A stretch of 64,000 nt of DNA, taken from an uncultured virus (IMG/VR IMGVR_UViG_3300012147_001294) (taxonomy: Duplodnaviria > Heunggongvirae > Uroviricota > Caudoviricetes). Each line of letters starts with the position of its first letter. The stretch's first letter is position 1. This document shows positions 1 to 8,799 of the stretch, one piece after another. Where the stretch lies: IMG/VR virus record IMGVR_UViG_3300012147_001294, one strand, 5' to 3'. The translations under genes and the position numbers were made by a program. The notes under the pieces were generated by a model, which saw only the letters and a list, made by a program, of their open reading frames with translations, was not told where the DNA came from and did no database searches.

Positions 1-41
1 AATTGCAGTTGGGCTTAATTCAATAATTTTATTGATATCCA

Positions 42-476
42 CTATTTAGTTATTGATGAAGATTCATCCTCAGCTTGTTTTTCAACATTGTAAAGAGTTT
101 TTATTGTTTCACTTAGAATATTCCAAGTTTCATAAGTATATTTTGATAATACACCACTATAAGTAACAACATCTGGTTTGGTGATAATAATTTTATCTTT
201 TTCACTATCATAATGAATATTTGCTAATGCTTCTTCAACAACAATGTGTCTTTGAAGCTCGGTTAATTGTTCAAAGATGTTTTCATTTAAAAAGATAACA
301 ATATCGTCACCAGCCCTATATTGTAAAAGAGGACTTGCTTTGGTTACATTGGTAATTTTTTTTAGTTTATTATCTACTATGATAGTAATAGTCATTACTT
401 GGTCTAATCCAGTTTTAACTATTAGTTCACTAAATAAATCTGTTGTTTCCTCGAAAGGTTGTTCGTACTTGGCCAT
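42..476 (-). CDS. hypothetical phage protein
   Basis: 144-aa ORF with a TAnnTTTG promoter upstream; no motif recognised. Confidence 0.6.
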   Translation of the reverse strand: MAKYEQPFEETTDLFSELIVKTGLDQVMTITIIVDNKLKKITNVTKASPLLQYRAGDDIVIFLNENIFEQLTELQRHIVVEEALANIHYDSEKDKIIITKPDVVTYSGVLSKYTYETWNILSETIKTLYNVEKQAEDESSSITK

Positions 477-494
477 ATTTTATATTTATTTGTT

Positions 495-502
495 CAAAGA
501 TA
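495..502 (-). promoter_or_regulatory. Bacteroidota-type -7 promoter element (TATCTTTG)
   Basis: Matches TAnnTTTG on the coding strand, 18 nt upstream of the ATG at 476. Confidence 0.65.
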
Positions 503-525
503 CTACATTAAGTTAATATAACAAG

Positions 526-1572
526 TTATTCTATCGTAGTCTTTTCAAAAATTTCTTTTAACGCATTAACAGCCGTTTTAAGCTCTTGATTTATGTTTTT
601 TGGTATGTTCACGCTTAGTGTTATAATAACGTCACCACGTCCTTGTTTACCATATTGTGTTATACCTTTAAAAGGGATTTTCAGATTTGAACCCACATCA
701 CTACCCTCTGGGATATTAATTCTAATTTTAGTCTCTTCAATTGTTTTTATTTCCACTTTATCACCAAAAACTAATTGATGATAATCTAGTTTAAGTGCTA
801 ATTTTAAGTCTTTACCTAATCTAGTATAATATTCATGGGGTTTTTCAAAAATTTTAATATGTAAATCCCCATACCCACCAGACTTTATCGCATTACCTTT
901 ACCTTCATTGACCAACACCATACCATTCATAACACCACTAGGGATTGTTATTTCAACAGTTTCTTCTGTAGTGACTAAACCTGTTGAATTACAAGTTTTA
1001 CAAGAAACTTTAGTTTTAATTCCAGTTCCATTACATGAGTTACAAGTTTGTTCTTGTTGTATATAACCCATTGGAGTATGATAAACTTTATTAACTATAC
1101 CAGTACCATCACATTCAGGACAGTCGTATGCGTCACTACCTCCATGTCCTCCACAATCTGTGCAAGATGTTTCTCGCTTGTAAGTGTAGGTTTTATTAAC
1201 CCCAGAAAATATCTCTTCTAAAGTTAAAGTAATAGCAATACTTAAATTGGACCCCACCCTAATTTTTTTTCTATTAAAAAAATTATTAAAACTATCACGC
1301 ATAGATTGATTAAACCCCTGACTTTGATTTTTACTTCCACCATTGGCTTTATATTGTTTATGTCCAATCTGGTCATATAAAGCTTTTTTATCCTTATTAC
1401 TTAGCACTTCATAGGCTTCAGCAATAATTTTAAAGTTTTCTTCGGCTTCTTTTACATCTGGGTTTTTATCTGGATGGTATTCAATGGCTTTTTTTCGATA
1501 AGCTTTTTTTATTTCAGCACTATTTGATTGTTTTGTTACCTCTAGTACTTCATAATAATCTTTATTTGTCAT
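526..1572 (-). CDS. dnaJ: DnaJ molecular chaperone
   Basis: J domain (DYYEVLEV...HPDKNP), four CxxCxGxG zinc motifs, C-terminal substrate-binding domain. Confidence 0.95.
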   Translation of the reverse strand: MTNKDYYEVLEVTKQSNSAEIKKAYRKKAIEYHPDKNPDVKEAEENFKIIAEAYEVLSNKDKKALYDQIGHKQYKANGGSKNQSQGFNQSMRDSFNNFFNRKKIRVGSNLSIAITLTLEEIFSGVNKTYTYKRETSCTDCGGHGGSDAYDCPECDGTGIVNKVYHTPMGYIQQEQTCNSCNGTGIKTKVSCKTCNSTGLVTTEETVEITIPSGVMNGMVLVNEGKGNAIKSGGYGDLHIKIFEKPHEYYTRLGKDLKLALKLDYHQLVFGDKVEIKTIEETKIRINIPEGSDVGSNLKIPFKGITQYGKQGRGDVIITLSVNIPKNINQELKTAVNALKEIFEKTTIE

Positions 1573-1628
1573 ATGTTCTTTATTTTGACGTAAAAGTACG
1601 TAACTTTATTCAATAAAACAAACATTTA

Positions 1629-2282
1629 ATGGATTTTAGTATTATTTTACTTTCTAACGGCATACACAAAAAAACGTTACATACATCAAAAAAAAGAAAA
1701 ACAGCGTTTATTAATTTTAATCGATTGGTGGAAAACAATAAGGTATTATTCCCAAAGAGATATCTGAATAGTGTTGTGATTAAAAAAGTTAAATATGAAA
1801 TTTGTTTAACCAAAAAAACTGAACCAGATGATGTAAATAGATTACTTCGTGACGATTACGGTAAATTATATGTGGAAAAGAATATTGGTGATTTAACTGT
1901 AATTACTTCTAGTAAATATGAAGTCGAGGAAACATTCTATATCTATGGTTTTGTAGGTGATTCCAGACCAACTATTACTGAAGTAATTAAAAGGTTAATG
2001 GTTAATGTATATGCTAAGAATTCAGTAAAGCAAATAATAGTAGTTAATAATAAACTGATTATTTATACTGAAAGTCAATTTGATATGGTTATATGTAAAA
2101 ATAAAAATGAAGCTCAAAGACTACATCATACTTTAGCAAAAATAGCAAATAAACAGAAAATAAAGAATTTATTGTTTATGGGTACAGCTGGTCCAGCAAC
2201 TACTACTTTATTATATAATATGATAGCCGATAAAACTGGTTGGGGTAATCTAAAAATAAGAAGAACCAGTACACGCCCGTAA
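1629..2282 (+). CDS. hypothetical protein
   Basis: 217-aa ORF divergent from dnaJ. Confidence 0.7.
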   Translation: MDFSIILLSNGIHKKTLHTSKKRKTAFINFNRLVENNKVLFPKRYLNSVVIKKVKYEICLTKKTEPDDVNRLLRDDYGKLYVEKNIGDLTVITSSKYEVEETFYIYGFVGDSRPTITEVIKRLMVNVYAKNSVKQIIVVNNKLIIYTESQFDMVICKNKNEAQRLHHTLAKIANKQKIKNLLFMGTAGPATTTLLYNMIADKTGWGNLKIRRTSTRP

Positions 2283-2298
2283 TTGGTTCTTCTTGTGT

Positions 2299-2487
2299 TT
2301 ATTTAAATAAATTTTCTAATTTTAAAACTAGTTTACTTATTTTCTCATTATTTTTATCTATTGTCTCTTGCAATTCCGAAGGAATGTTAGTAACATATTG
2401 TGCTTTTATTTTACTGTTAATATTCTGTAATTTATCGCTTTCCCTTATACATTCATCGTAAATTTCTGCTTTTTGTTGATTATCCAT
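2299..2487 (-). CDS. small coiled-coil hypothetical protein
   Basis: 62-aa ORF in operon-like spacing. Confidence 0.6.
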   Translation of the reverse strand: MDNQQKAEIYDECIRESDKLQNINSKIKAQYVTNIPSELQETIDKNNEKISKLVLKLENLFK

Positions 2488-2511
2488 TTTTTTTATTTGT
2501 TTAATTATATT

Positions 2512-3000
2512 TTACTTTTCAGTACCGATTGAAAATTGCTTTTTAATATCATCAATCATGTTATTTATTTTATTCATATCTAGTTCTGGAACTAAAATAG
2601 GGTTAATACACTCAACACGTTCTTCACCGTTTGTAGGGAGAAATAAGGCAATTGCGTTAGCTTTTTTAAAATCTAGTAGGTTGTTTACAGCCTCAACAAA
2701 TGGTGTGATAATAGCCGAGTTTTTCATTAAATCAACATCTAAATAAAAGACAATAATCAATGGATAATCTTTAATTGGTTCTTTAATTCTTTCATAGGTT
2801 ACATTATTTGTATCTAACAAAAACTGATTAAATAATGTTAATAATGTTTCATCTAACTCCGTTTCCCCATAAACTTCATGACATTCAATATTCTTGTTAT
2901 CAATTAATAAATAAACTAGATATTCTGATGTTGTTAACCCATCATCCTTTAATATTCTAGAAATCTCTTTTACCTTTATATCCATTTTATATGTTTTCAT
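2512..3000 (-). CDS. hypothetical protein
   Basis: 162-aa ORF. Confidence 0.65.
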   Translation of the reverse strand: MKTYKMDIKVKEISRILKDDGLTTSEYLVYLLIDNKNIECHEVYGETELDETLLTLFNQFLLDTNNVTYERIKEPIKDYPLIIVFYLDVDLMKNSAIITPFVEAVNNLLDFKKANAIALFLPTNGEERVECINPILVPELDMNKINNMIDDIKKQFSIGTEK

Positions 3001-3040
3001 AAAAATAACGATTTATATTTGATATGTAAAGACCATAAAC

Positions 3041-3072
3041 AAAAAAATCCCCAAATATTTGGGGATTTTTTT
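3041..3072. terminator. intrinsic terminator (perfect palindrome, probably bidirectional)
   Basis: aaaaaaatccccaaat|atttggggattttttt. Confidence 0.85.
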
Positions 3073-3089
3073 TGTTTATAATTGATTTA

Positions 3090-4520
3090 TTATATCGAAA
3101 CTTTTGAATATCTTTCTTCTCCAATTACGGACATCATCATAGATAATGGTGTCATAGATTGACCAGATAATAAACTCTTTAAAATAGAAGTGGAAAAACC
3201 TGAAACTAAACATGTTCCTTTTTCGTCAAATTTAACTGGAGAATTTGAATTTGATGAATTTAAATCCCAAAAAGAAATTTTAGGTGTCTTATACCCAGCT
3301 TTTTCAAAGTTAGAGTTTATCATATCTAAAGCTGTGTCGTTATTATTAGAACTACAATAGTCAAATTCCATATCTGATAAAATAATAATCATAGTTGGCA
3401 TTTCACTCTCTGGTACATTACCCTCAATAGCTTTTTCTAATATTAAGTTAAATGTAGCTTCGATATTTGTGTTCATACCCCAATCACTTAACTTTAATTG
3501 GTTATGACGCTCTAGTAAAGACCCTTTAAGGACTTGTAGTGTTGGTGAACTAGAAAATGTGATGAAAGAATCTTTAAACACACCTATGTTTCTTTCAGAA
3601 ATATATAAACCTAGTGAAATAGCGACATCCATACAACTTATAGAATCACTACCACCAGCTGAACAAGACATAGACCCAGAAACATCTACGATTGGTAATA
3701 ATCTTTCTAACGAACCTTCCATATAGTTAGGTAAAGCATTCCATTGTGAATTAGCACCAATAAAATTACCTTGTTTAAGGTTTTTTATTACATCATATGG
3801 GTATAACGCATCAGCATTTATTTTACTTTCCCCTTTATTAACACTTTCCAAGTAATTTTTAAAACGAACATAATCGTTTCTATAGAAAGTTTTCATTAAA
3901 TCACTCATCGCTTTAGATGGTAATTTAGAATACTCTATTTTATCAAATTCTTTACCACACATTAATTGTTCTACTGTGTTTGAATTTTCAGCTAACATTT
4001 TACGATATTCTTTAGGTGATAAACGTAAATGATTTCTTAACGTATTTGCTTGAGTTCTTTTAATCAATACATTAGAATTTGGTCTTGGCATCCATTTTGA
4101 ACAAAGAGAATCTTTATTGATTAAAGCTTCTTCAATTAAGGTCAAAGCGTTTAGTTGTAATGGTGTTCCAAATAGAGGTAATAAATCATCCCATCTACCA
4201 AATTCACTAACTAAACTTAAGTTTTTACCCATAACGTTAGTGCGATTCAAAGCCAAATAAACCATAATATCCTTAAATATCTGACGCTCACCAGCACCGC
4301 TTCTAACGTCTCTAACCCAAAATAATAAACGCATAGCGGTTAAAGGGTCTTCATCATAGGCTTTTACAAACAAGTTAATCAACCTATTTTTATCCTTACC
4401 TCTCATTGAACCAAAATTAAAAAATAAATCAACACAATGGTTTAATGATGTAGAATTAGTTACCATACCGTTAGAGGTAAGTTTATCCTTTGTTTGCATA
4501 GCAGATAATAATGTACTCAT
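3090..4520 (-). CDS. TROVE/Ro60-like protein with C-terminal vWA domain (DUF2828-like)
   Basis: RDVRSGAGER, GRWDDL, KWMPR motifs and vWA MIDAS DVSGSM ... ILSDMEFD. Confidence 0.85.
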   Translation of the reverse strand: MSTLLSAMQTKDKLTSNGMVTNSTSLNHCVDLFFNFGSMRGKDKNRLINLFVKAYDEDPLTAMRLLFWVRDVRSGAGERQIFKDIMVYLALNRTNVMGKNLSLVSEFGRWDDLLPLFGTPLQLNALTLIEEALINKDSLCSKWMPRPNSNVLIKRTQANTLRNHLRLSPKEYRKMLAENSNTVEQLMCGKEFDKIEYSKLPSKAMSDLMKTFYRNDYVRFKNYLESVNKGESKINADALYPYDVIKNLKQGNFIGANSQWNALPNYMEGSLERLLPIVDVSGSMSCSAGGSDSISCMDVAISLGLYISERNIGVFKDSFITFSSSPTLQVLKGSLLERHNQLKLSDWGMNTNIEATFNLILEKAIEGNVPESEMPTMIIILSDMEFDYCSSNNNDTALDMINSNFEKAGYKTPKISFWDLNSSNSNSPVKFDEKGTCLVSGFSTSILKSLLSGQSMTPLSMMMSVIGEERYSKVSI

Positions 4521-4544
4521 AATTTATTTTTTAAGTTATTTCAA

Positions 4545-4552
4545 CAAATGTA
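4545..4552 (-). promoter_or_regulatory. Bacteroidota-type -7 element (TACATTTG)
   Basis: TAnnTTTG upstream of the ATG at 4520. Confidence 0.65.
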
Positions 4553-4577
4553 CTATTTTTTTTTTGATTAACAAGTT

Positions 4578-5198
4578 TTATTTAACGAAATTTCTAACGA
4601 ATTTTTTTCTGTGGTATTTATTAACTCCAATCTTACTAATAGCTGTTATATGTTCTGCTGTTAGATATCCTTTATTTTTATCCCATCTATATTCTGTAAA
4701 TTGTTTAGATAATGTAATCATATATTCATCACGTTTTACTTTAGCGATTATAGAAGCTGCCGCTATACATGAATAGCTATCGTCACCCTTAACTACTAAG
4801 GAAACAATATTAACAAATTTAATTTTTCCTTCATCATCCCATCGGTTTCCATCAACTAAAACATGGTCTGGTTTTATGTGTAATTCATTTAATGATTTAT
4901 TAAAACTAATGAAGATTGCTTTATCTATCCCATGATTGTTAATTGTCACAACAGAACTAGCAGTACAAGAAAAACTTATACAATTTTTAATTATTAAATC
5001 ATAAGCTTCTTGTCTTTGTTTATCGTTTAATTTTTTGGAATCTCTTAGTAAATTTGATTCAAAATTTTTAGGTAAAATAACAGCAGCAGTAACTATTGGA
5101 CCAGCACCGCAACCTCTACCCGATTCATCAACACCAGCAATAAAATTAAAGTCTTGACAATAGTCTGGGTGGTTAGGTAATATTTTACTTAATTTCAT
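4578..5198 (-). CDS. rnhB: ribonuclease HII
   Basis: GVDESGRG, DSKKL, VDGN, KGD...IAAASIIAKVKRD, NKGY motifs. Confidence 0.95.
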   Translation of the reverse strand: MKLSKILPNHPDYCQDFNFIAGVDESGRGCGAGPIVTAAVILPKNFESNLLRDSKKLNDKQRQEAYDLIIKNCISFSCTASSVVTINNHGIDKAIFISFNKSLNELHIKPDHVLVDGNRWDDEGKIKFVNIVSLVVKGDDSYSCIAAASIIAKVKRDEYMITLSKQFTEYRWDKNKGYLTAEHITAISKIGVNKYHRKKFVRNFVK

Positions 5199-5231
5199 GT
5201 TTTATATAGTTTAATCACAAAATTAAATATT

Positions 5232-5468
5232 TTAATTTACCTCCACAACTTTTTTAACAAATTTAACAACAATACCAGAATAAGATATCTCAAATTCTTT
5301 GTCTGGTATAAATTCTTCTGTCATTCTGTTAAACATATAAAAAACTTCTTCGTTAAGGTTTCTATGGTCTTCTTCATTTAATTCATAAGTTAATAGTAAC
5401 CCTTCTTTTATTATTTTTTCGTCTATTAATATAGATGAAATAGAGTTAAGTAAATCTTGGTATTTCAT
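5232..5468 (-). CDS. hypothetical protein
   Basis: 78-aa ORF coupled to upstream gene. Confidence 0.6.
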   Translation of the reverse strand: MKYQDLLNSISSILIDEKIIKEGLLLTYELNEEDHRNLNEEVFYMFNRMTEEFIPDKEFEISYSGIVVKFVKKVVEVN

Positions 5469-5469
5469 A

Positions 5470-5685
5470 TTAAAATTTTGTAAACATATTTCTTAAGGTA
5501 ACCATTAATTTATCTAAAAACGATATTTTCTTTAATTTAATTTTTCTTGGATTTTTTTTAATCTCAACACCTAAACTACCTCTTAAGTCTCTAATTAATT
5601 TAGCATTGTTTAATTCAGTTTTGAATTTTTCCATCAAAACCTCATTTTCTAATTTTGATATTTCGGATTCTATTGCTTTACCCAT
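5470..5685 (-). CDS. hypothetical protein
   Basis: 71-aa ORF. Confidence 0.6.
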   Translation of the reverse strand: MGKAIESEISKLENEVLMEKFKTELNNAKLIRDLRGSLGVEIKKNPRKIKLKKISFLDKLMVTLRNMFTKF

Positions 5686-5743
5686 TTTTATTTTGTTTTT
5701 TATTTACATTTCACCATTATTACATTATCTTTAAGTAAAAATT

Positions 5744-6073
5744 ATGAATGCAATTATTTTTATTATAATATGTTACGGTGCGACTAATAACTTAATTTAT
5801 GGCTCTATTTTTGAAGGTTATAGGAACTTTTTAAAACGTTTTGGTACTGGTGGTTATAGCTTATATAAGTTGTTTACTTGTTTTATGTGTTTATCTACTT
5901 GGATAGGCTTTGTTGTTTCGGGTACATTAATCTATTTTAATACTAAAACACCAATAACAACCGACAACATTTATTTAACAATTTTTTTATGTGGTTTACT
6001 TAGTAGTGGAAGTGTATGGTTGATTCATACCTTACAAGAAGCTTTAGAAAGAGTATTTACCGAAAATAATTAA
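5744..6073 (+). CDS. small membrane protein (DUF1360-like)
   Basis: Hydrophobic segments with a CxxCLSxW motif; followed by a terminator. Confidence 0.6.
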   Translation: MNAIIFIIICYGATNNLIYGSIFEGYRNFLKRFGTGGYSLYKLFTCFMCLSTWIGFVVSGTLIYFNTKTPITTDNIYLTIFLCGLLSSGSVWLIHTLQEALERVFTENN

Positions 6074-6076
6074 TAT

Positions 6077-6102
6077 AAAATAGCCTCGTTTGAGGCTATT
6101 TT
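6077..6102. terminator. bidirectional intrinsic terminator
   Basis: aaaatagcctc-gttt-gaggctatttt between convergent genes. Confidence 0.85.
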
Positions 6103-6166
6103 TATTACCTATATATCCATGCATCTCTCGCAGCCTACATTCTTTATACGATTTATTTTATTATAA

Positions 6167-6838
6167 TTATTTTTTTGGTGGTAATTCCACTTTTTGCCTT
6201 AAAGATTTATTAATCGATTTTTCTTTTTGTAACTCAATGTTTCTTTTACCTCTAGCTTCTTCTTCCATTTCTTCTAATTCCTCGCTTGTAAATTTAATTG
6301 GTTGATTATTTTCATCTAAATATTCAATAACTTTTAATTTTGGGGTATCTTTAGGTTCTTCAAGTAAAACATTTTCCTCAACGTAATCAACCTTTGGTGT
6401 CAAATCATAGCTTTCATCAACGTTTGTATCGAAGGCATCGAATTCATTAAAGCTATTAAGGTCCTCACCAAAATCTTCTTCTACAATAGATATTTTTAAT
6501 CGTTTTAATTCAGTTAACGAATGTTTTTTAAATAAGTTTTTCAAATCATTTACCGTTTCTTTAAACATCTCATGTTTTTTTTCACGTTCTTGATTAATTT
6601 CTATCACTAAAGTAACATTCGCTAATAAGTCATCTATACCTATATTATCTGTTTCACCAAATAACATATAATAGTTTAAGTTAAGTTTATTCTCCCCTTT
6701 AACCATTTTAATGTTCTTATCTGAAACTATTGTCCAGCCGTCTTTATATACGACATCAATTACTGGTGTTGATTCCACATATCTAATCCCAACCACATAT
6801 GGTTGTAGGGCTTCTAAGGTTTGTTGTAAATCTGACAT
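6167..6838 (-). CDS. hypothetical protein (possible frameshifted C-terminal tail to 6109)
   Basis: 223-aa ORF ending in an A7 run. Confidence 0.7.
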   Translation of the reverse strand: MSDLQQTLEALQPYVVGIRYVESTPVIDVVYKDGWTIVSDKNIKMVKGENKLNLNYYMLFGETDNIGIDDLLANVTLVIEINQEREKKHEMFKETVNDLKNLFKKHSLTELKRLKISIVEEDFGEDLNSFNEFDAFDTNVDESYDLTPKVDYVEENVLLEEPKDTPKLKVIEYLDENNQPIKFTSEELEEMEEEARGKRNIELQKEKSINKSLRQKVELPPKK

Positions 6839-6841
6839 TTT

Positions 6842-7048
6842 TTATATATTTGTGAATATGAATGTTAATATGAAGGATATCGATAACCCCAATAAACATA
6901 AACTATTATTGGATATTATATATCTTATCGGATATTCCTTTGTCGATAATAAAAAAGTTTGGATTAAATAATACATGTGTCTAATTGTATTTAAAAGACT
7001 TAAAAAAAATAACATAATTAAAAGTTTATCCAACATTTCTGTAATCAT
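6842..7048 (-). CDS. small two-TM membrane protein
   Basis: Two hydrophobic stretches; start overlaps the upstream stop. Confidence 0.55.
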   Translation of the reverse strand: MITEMLDKLLIMLFFLSLLNTIRHMYYLIQTFLLSTKEYPIRYIISNNSLCLLGLSISFILTFIFTNI

Positions 7049-7239
7049 TATAATTTATTTTTTTTATCTTCTTTATTTTTTGCTGACACTTCTAACCTAA
7101 TTTCTTGGGTTAATGCTTTAATTAATAATAATTCTTTTCTAATTCTAACCCCAGCGGATTTATTACCTTTAAGGTAATAATTTGTGGTGTCGTTTTCCAT
7201 ATTTTCAACAAGGCTTTTTAGTTTATTAAATTTTTCCAT
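7048..7239 (-). CDS. histone H1-like (Hc1-type, Bacteroidota) small DNA-binding protein
   Basis: KGNKSAGVRIRKEL...IKALTQEIRLEV pattern typical of Bacteroidota Hc1-like proteins. Confidence 0.75.
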   Translation of the reverse strand: MEKFNKLKSLVENMENDTTNYYLKGNKSAGVRIRKELLLIKALTQEIRLEVSAKNKEDKKNKL

Positions 7240-7243
7240 AGTT

Positions 7244-7465
7244 TTATTGTTCTTTTATTTTATTTTCATTTGTGTTAATCATTGTATTAAATTTCTCAAT
7301 GTTTAATTCTATCATTAATAGTTTGTTTACTAATTTTCTAATTAGTTTAGATTTTTTTTTTGTTTTTTGATTGGAATTAACAATAGATTGCAGGTCAATA
7401 TCTATTTTCATTTTTTCGGTTGTCCAATCTAAAATAATTACGTTAAAAAGTTTATCTGTTTCCAT
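7244..7465 (-). CDS. hypothetical protein (start revised to ATG at 7465)
   Basis: ATG of METDK lies 3 nt after a TATACTTG promoter-like element. Confidence 0.5.
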   Translation of the reverse strand: METDKLFNVIILDWTTEKMKIDIDLQSIVNSNQKTKKKSKLIRKLVNKLLMIELNIEKFNTMINTNENKIKEQ

Positions 7466-7500
7466 ACACAAGTATACTAATGTTTTTAAAAAAATAAACA

Positions 7501-7962
7501 TTATTTTAATGAATTTTCAAATAATTTGTATATTTCGACCAAAGCGTCTAGTTCTGAATTTGTTTTTAAATTGGTAAAGTTAAACAATTCAACCCATATG
7601 TTTAATATAGCTTGGTCTTTATAATAAAATGGTGTTTTATCTGGATAAAGGTAGAAGACCTCAAAAGTGAATTCTAAAAAGTAATTATAAAGTTTAGGGT
7701 TATCGATTCGAACCCCCTCTAATTCAAAATCTTTAACGACTTTGTTCCAACACCATTCAAAATGCTTAAACTGGTTGTCGTAATTTAATGCGTCATCACC
7801 CAAATATGTATCAAATACTACTAACAACAACGACTGTACAAAATCACCGTACAATTCACATTTTTCTGAATATATGTTGTTAGTAGTATATGTTACACGA
7901 ATGTCTTCCAACGACATCGGTTTGTTTATATAATCTAAGAAACTTGAATTATTTTTATTCAT
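7501..7962 (-). CDS. hypothetical protein
   Basis: 153-aa ORF. Confidence 0.7.
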   Translation of the reverse strand: MNKNNSSFLDYINKPMSLEDIRVTYTTNNIYSEKCELYGDFVQSLLLVVFDTYLGDDALNYDNQFKHFEWCWNKVVKDFELEGVRIDNPKLYNYFLEFTFEVFYLYPDKTPFYYKDQAILNIWVELFNFTNLKTNSELDALVEIYKLFENSLK

Positions 7963-8011
7963 TTTAATATAATATATGACTAAAAATTAAAAAATAAATA
8001 GTTACTATTTT

Positions 8012-8626
8012 TTAGTCAACCAACCAACCATGATACCTGTTAGTTTTTTCGATTCTATCTTCTAAACCATTAATACCACCGTTTATTCTCCTACTTAAAG
8101 CTGTAATGCTTTTATCACTTACATCTTTACTACAGATTGACCATAACTTGTTTCTTTTGAAAAAAAACATTGCTGATTCAAAAGCATATTCAGTGGTTAC
8201 CAAATCTGGTTCGGTAACTACAGATGGGTTTTCTAAATATTTTGAAAAAGCAATATAATTTAATTTTCCAGTTAATTGTAAGGCCCCTCGGCCTCTAAAA
8301 AAAAATCCTTCTTTTGATTCTTCATTCCCGTTACCCATTCTATTGGCGTAAACTCTTGAGCCAATCTTCTCTGGGTTTCTGGCGTATAGTTCGGCTAGTT
8401 TACCAGGAAAGTATTTTCTAAAAGTTTTTCTTAAACCACTTGCTGAGTAGTTTAAGTTTTCTGTAAATAACCTAAAATTTCCAGTTTCATGACTTACTTG
8501 TCCAAAAAAATGGGCAGCGGTTATTGGTGTTAACTTATAAAATTCCATAGCTTTTCTTAATGTATTTGGTCCAAACACACCATCTGCTTTTGCACCAATT
8601 TTAGTTTGTAAATTTATTAAACTCAT
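8012..8626 (-). CDS. GH19 (chitinase-like) endolysin with N-terminal peptidoglycan-binding remnant
   Basis: ADGVFGPNT; FFGQVSHETG, ENLNYS, FRGRGALQLTG, INGGINGLEDR. Confidence 0.9.
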   Translation of the reverse strand: MSLINLQTKIGAKADGVFGPNTLRKAMEFYKLTPITAAHFFGQVSHETGNFRLFTENLNYSASGLRKTFRKYFPGKLAELYARNPEKIGSRVYANRMGNGNEESKEGFFFRGRGALQLTGKLNYIAFSKYLENPSVVTEPDLVTTEYAFESAMFFFKRNKLWSICSKDVSDKSITALSRRINGGINGLEDRIEKTNRYHGWLVD

Positions 8627-8673
8627 TTTGTTTTTTATTTGATTATATTATTTAACCATAAATATAATCAAAT

Positions 8674-8705
8674 AAAAAAAGGTACTAATGTTAGTACCTT
8701 TTTTT
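8674..8705 (-). terminator. intrinsic terminator
   Basis: aaaaaaaggtactaa-tg-ttagtaccttttttt. Confidence 0.85.
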
Positions 8706-8709
8706 TGTT

Positions 8710-8799
8710 TTATTTTCTAAGTTCTTCAAAATCGTTAGCGTCAATATCACCATCTCCACCTTCTGGTTCAACATCTAACTCATCTTGGTTACCAGTCAA
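8710..8799 (-). pseudogene. in-frame coding remnant or read-through tail of the 8800..10959 gene
   Basis: LTGNQDELDVEPEGGDGDIDANDFEELRK* follows the TAA in frame and ends just before the terminator. Confidence 0.6.
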
